20,981 bases of DNA from Candidatus Dadabacteria bacterium (lineage in GTDB: Bacteria; Desulfobacterota_D; UBA1144; Nemesobacterales; CSP1-2), in the NCBI GenBank assembly GCA_040289575.1, contig PSLL01000012.1:37096-58076 (forward strand), in the 5' to 3' direction. Shown here piece after piece: positions 17,625 through 20,981 of the stretch (its first letter is position 1; every line of letters starts with the position of its first letter). The notes under the pieces were generated by a model. It was given only the letters and a program-made list of their open reading frames with translations, was not told the DNA's origin and did no database searches. A program made the translations under genes and the position numbers.

Positions 17625-18278
17625 ATGAATACGGTTGTAACACGCTCATACATAATTCCAAATGTCAACATGAATACTTCACCCCCCGTCTTAGACATAA
17701 CCGAATACTACCTACCCCTTAACTTATCCCTAGTCTTTGGCAATCAAACAGAATCGGCACTCGAGATCGGATCGGGCGACGGCGATTTTTTAATCGAGAT
17801 GGCTAGAAGAAAAGCGGACTGGAATTTTATTGGGATAGAGATAAAAGGAAAAAGGTTTAGAAAAGCCGTAAGAAGAGCAGAGGGAGAAAAAATCAGGAAC
17901 GTCAAATTCCTCGTTATGGATGCGCAAATTGCCATAGAAGAGGTCTTCCCTTCAAACACCTTTATTGAGGTTTATATCAATTTCCCGGACCCCTGGCCTA
18001 AAGAAAAACACAAGAAACACAGAATTATAAACACTGATTTTATCGAAAAACTCTCTCTAATAATGAAACCCGAAGGGGTACTGGAAGTGGCAAGTGACCA
18101 TAAAGAATACATATCTTATATCCTGGATGTTTTGGATAAAATGTCAATGTTCAGATGCGCGTTTCCATCCCCTGGATACGTAAGCGGCTTAACAAATAGA
18201 CCACATACAAAATATGAAATGGAATTCAGAGAAAAAGGAAAAGAGATTTATTACCTAAGATTCGTTAGAACACCATAA
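17625..18278 (+). CDS. trmB: tRNA (guanine-N7)-methyltransferase
   Basis: LEIGSGDG, FIGIE, INFPDPWPKEKHKKHR, ASDH..Y, TKYE. The start could be the later ATG (MNTSPP). Confidence 0.93.
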   Translation: MNTVVTRSYIIPNVNMNTSPPVLDITEYYLPLNLSLVFGNQTESALEIGSGDGDFLIEMARRKADWNFIGIEIKGKRFRKAVRRAEGEKIRNVKFLVMDAQIAIEEVFPSNTFIEVYINFPDPWPKEKHKKHRIINTDFIEKLSLIMKPEGVLEVASDHKEYISYILDVLDKMSMFRCAFPSPGYVSGLTNRPHTKYEMEFREKGKEIYYLRFVRTP

Positions 18279-18302
18279 TAGTCATTAGAAGTGAACAGTC
18301 AA

Positions 18303-19028
18303 CTATAGAGCTAACCTATTCTTTTCATCTTCAACTAAGGCTCTCTCCAGTGCCTCCTTTACGAGCCTTGAGAGTTCATCTCTTCCAGCCCTGCCCGGCG
18401 GAAGTGACTTCACGTTAATGGGAGGAAGGATTTTAATCTTTATATGGCCTGGATTAATTCTTATTCCGCCCCTCGGTGTAATGTCTCTGCCTCCCAGGAT
18501 CGCCATTGGAACCACAGGTGCTCCGGTGCGCATAGCAAGGACAAATCCGCCTCTCTTAAACGGAAGGAGCTTTCCATCAGGGCTTCTCGTTCCCTCCGGG
18601 GCAATTAAAACCGAGGGACCAGAGCGAATCCTTTCTGCAACCCTCTCAATCTCTTGGAATGACCTTACGGAACTGTCTCTTAGAACAAAGTAGTGTCCTG
18701 TTGCCTTAGCCACCCATCCGAAAAAAGGGACACGAGAAAGCCCTTTTTTCATTATTGCCCTCCAGTCAATAGGAAGTGTAGCGGCAAATGCAAATACATC
18801 GAAATAGCTCTGATGGTTGAACATAATCACGCACGGCTCTTTTGGAAGGTTCTCGACGCCTTCCAAATGGACTTTAATCCCGCAGGTTTTAAGAATCAGT
18901 CTCGACCAGGGTCTTACGAAGTACCTGAGCACCTTATCAGGCATAATAAAGGACACAATGGTCGCAGGGATTCCAAAAATAATGGTGTACATGGAAATCA
19001 GAGTCCAGTTTAAAATAGCCCTTAACAT
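18303..19028 (-). CDS. plsC: 1-acyl-sn-glycerol-3-phosphate acyltransferase (LPAAT)
   Basis: NHQSYFD (HX4D), APEGTRS, LPFKRGGF, APVVP; N-terminal hydrophobic segment. Confidence 0.9.
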   Translation of the reverse strand: MLRAILNWTLISMYTIIFGIPATIVSFIMPDKVLRYFVRPWSRLILKTCGIKVHLEGVENLPKEPCVIMFNHQSYFDVFAFAATLPIDWRAIMKKGLSRVPFFGWVAKATGHYFVLRDSSVRSFQEIERVAERIRSGPSVLIAPEGTRSPDGKLLPFKRGGFVLAMRTGAPVVPMAILGGRDITPRGGIRINPGHIKIKILPPINVKSLPPGRAGRDELSRLVKEALERALVEDEKNRLAL

Positions 19029-19108
19029 TTCTGTGGTTTATTATATTCTTTAGGGTGGTGCATTTCAATATTGGTTGGTCAAGAAATCAGGTGGAGGACG
19101 AGTTACAG

Positions 19109-19372
19109 ATGAGGCTTTCTTCTATAAATAAGGCTGTGCTAATACCGGTTGCTCTGGCATTCAACGGCTGTGCAGGCGAGTCGCAGGGGGCGGGATACTG
19201 GTTTCATTTTATATTCATCTTAACCCCGCTAATCGTGATAGGGGTTATCCTCTTTAAGAAAACCGAAGCCATAAGCGACTCGCTTTTTACGATTGAAGGA
19301 CAGATTAAAAAGCTCTCAGCCAGATTAGATATCTTAGAAGAGAAATTAAAAAAGCTTGTGGATAAGGAATAG
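19109..19372 (+). CDS. Small hypothetical membrane protein, possible lipoprotein (87 aa)
   Basis: GGAGG SD before ATG 19109; signal-like MRLSSINKAVLIPVALAFNGC, TM helix YWFHFIFILTPLIVIGVILF, coiled-coil-like tail. Confidence 0.65.
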   Translation: MRLSSINKAVLIPVALAFNGCAGESQGAGYWFHFIFILTPLIVIGVILFKKTEAISDSLFTIEGQIKKLSARLDILEEKLKKLVDKE

Positions 19373-19426
19373 GGATAGATCTGTATCCAGAATTTTGACG
19401 AATAACTTCTCTCCTCGTCAGTCGGA

Positions 19427-20029
19427 CTACTGCTGCTCACCTGATTGAGGAGTTTCATTTCCCTCTTTGCTCTTTCCATTCTTAGTTTTATTTATCGTCT
19501 GCTCCTGGTATTCGGCAGGGATAGAGCCGATATTATTTGTCACGTGCACTACCCCATTTTTGTCCTTCCACGTATAAAGCCCGCTGCTTTTGTTCAACGG
19601 GTTAGAGGGAACCTCGGTTGACTCATTAGGATTAGCCTGAGTGGTTTCCTCCGCTCCAGCCGCGGTGGTATTTGCCCCTGTGCCAGACTCAGCACCTCCC
19701 TGCGTGGCAGATTCTTCGCTCTCCTTTTTCTCCCTGGGTTTATTAACCTCAACGTTGCTTTTCTGTTTTGTTCCTATGCCAAGTGTGCTTCCTTCTTTTC
19801 TCTCTCCCAGGTTTCTGCCCCCAAGTGTAGATAGCTCAAAAGGGTTCAGGTCTTTTTGAGGAAAGTACGGCGGGTTTACAAACTGTCCGGACTGCGATGC
19901 GTTCCCTTGAGACGGCGTCTGGGAGGTCGGGGAAGTAACTTCAGCTCCTCCACCCATTGTTTGTGTAAGGGCTGATCTTATAGGCAAGAACAAAATAATA
20001 ATTAAGGAAACAAAGGCTATGCGATGCAT
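19427..20029 (-). CDS. Secreted hypothetical protein with C-terminal DUF4124-like motif
   Basis: GAGGAGGGGAG SD; signal peptide MHRIAFVSLIIILFLPIRSALT; long S/T/Q/G/E-rich linker; LYTWKDKNGVVHVTNN...IPAEY motif. Confidence 0.75.
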   Translation of the reverse strand: MHRIAFVSLIIILFLPIRSALTQTMGGGAEVTSPTSQTPSQGNASQSGQFVNPPYFPQKDLNPFELSTLGGRNLGERKEGSTLGIGTKQKSNVEVNKPREKKESEESATQGGAESGTGANTTAAGAEETTQANPNESTEVPSNPLNKSSGLYTWKDKNGVVHVTNNIGSIPAEYQEQTINKTKNGKSKEGNETPQSGEQQ

Positions 20030-20115
20030 TTTCTCCCCTCCTCATCAATCTATTAAAATAGCCAATAAAATATATACCCTAAGAGTAAAATACTCAATCC
20101 TGCACAGATTCAAGT

Positions 20116-20144
20116 TTGACAATAAAATCCTATCTGTGTATTAT
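20116..20144 (+). promoter_or_regulatory. Sigma70-type promoter for DAHP synthase
   Basis: TTGACA (20116-20121), 17-nt spacer, TATTAT (20139-20144); GGAGGG SD before ATG 20182. Confidence 0.75.
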
Positions 20145-20181
20145 TCGGAGTTTATGTGTGATGTAATCGGAGGGAAATGAA

Positions 20182-20981
20182 ATGATTGTAGTAATGAAAA
20201 GCGACGCGACACAGGAGGAGATTAATAAGGTAATATCCGCAATAAAGGGGCTCGGATACAAAGCCCATATAATCGAGGGGGTTTTGAGGACAGTTATAGG
20301 AGCGGTTGGAGACGAGAGGGGAAAACCGTATCACCTTGAATCCCTAAGCGTACTTCCGGGGGTCGAAAAGGTCGTTCCAATACTTCAGCCTTATAAACTC
20401 GCCAGCCGTGAAGTAAAACCCCAAAACACCGTTGTAAAGGTTGGAAATGTCAAAATTGGAGATAATAAGGTCATTGTAATGGCGGGTCCCTGCTCTGTCG
20501 AGAACGAAGAACAGATTATTGAGACCGCCATGGCGGTAAAGCAGGCGGGGGCAGCCATTTTAAGAGGAGGAGCCTATAAGCCGAGGACCTCCCCATATAC
20601 ATTTCAGGGGCTTGGCGAAGAAGGACTGAAATTGCTTGCTTTGGCTAGAAAAATGACAGACCGAGGTTCTCGATACACATGATTTAGATATGGTAGCGGA
20701 ATACTCCGATATGCTTCAGATTGGGGCACGTAACTCCCAGAACTATGCCCTCCTAAGATACGTAGGAAGGTGCAATAAACCCGTGCTCCTTAAACGGGGA
20801 ATGTCTACGACAATAAATGAATTCCTTATGGCCGCCGAGTATATACTTTCCGAAGGGAATCAAAATGTTGTCCTCTGTGAGAGAGGAATAAGGACGTTCG
20901 AGACAGCTACAAGAAACACCTTTGATCTCAATGCCATTCCCGTACTCAAGGAAAAAACACATCTTCCAATTATAGCCGACC
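20182..20981 (+). CDS. aroF: 3-deoxy-7-phosphoheptulonate (DAHP) synthase, type I-beta with N-terminal regulatory domain; frameshifting deletion at ~20659; runs off the window end
   Basis: MIVVMK...RTVIGAVGD...[35 protein letters not shown]; continues in another frame from 20660: [28 protein letters not shown]...KPVLLKRG...[18 protein letters not shown]...THLPIIAD. Confidence 0.92.

Noticed and set aside
865..19859. Antisense and alternate-frame ORFs in the track (e.g. 865-1269, 5303-5626, 8025-8375, 15097-15570, 18418-18693, 18693-19013, 19641-19859)
   Set aside because: They are shadows of well-supported genes on the other strand or frame and show no recognisable motifs.
20753..20962. Minus-strand 69-aa ORF
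   Set aside because: It is antisense to the frameshifted continuation of the DAHP synthase.
1..20981. CRISPR array, IS element, integrase or reverse transcriptase
   Set aside because: No regularly spaced repeats, terminal inverted repeats or such protein motifs were found by eye.

Overview
Bacterial genomic DNA with two distinct halves. The taxon cannot be fixed from sequence alone; the merR-tRNA-Pro-surE-LysM/M23-apt gene order suggests a Gram-negative, possibly deltaproteobacteria-like lineage (inference). Left half (1-9.3 kb): the distal part of a + strand surface-glycan or glycolipid locus encoding a GT4, an LPG-synthase-TM/flippase-like membrane protein, a LarA (nickel-pincer lactate racemase family) homolog, a SAM methyltransferase, two paralogous alkaline-phosphatase-superfamily proteins that both lack the usual SDHG metal motif, a GT2 and an aldo/keto reductase. 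Several of these carry single-base homopolymer indels or a deletion. At 9.4-10.2 kb two convergent gene relics (SirB1/transglutaminase-like and a sirtuin) are fused tail-to-tail by a deletion. Right half (10.3-21 kb): mostly intact housekeeping genes (suhB-like, standalone GAF, STAS-like/wHTH, MerR-like, tRNA-Pro(GGG), surE, TIGR00725, LysM-M23, apt, DAGK-like, aroB, trmB, plsC, a small lipoprotein, a DUF4124 protein, and a DAHP synthase with a short deletion). The most interesting candidate system is the LarA homolog plus non-canonical AlkP pair embedded in the glycan operon. Two genes also appear to start at ATA behind strong Shine-Dalgarno sequences.
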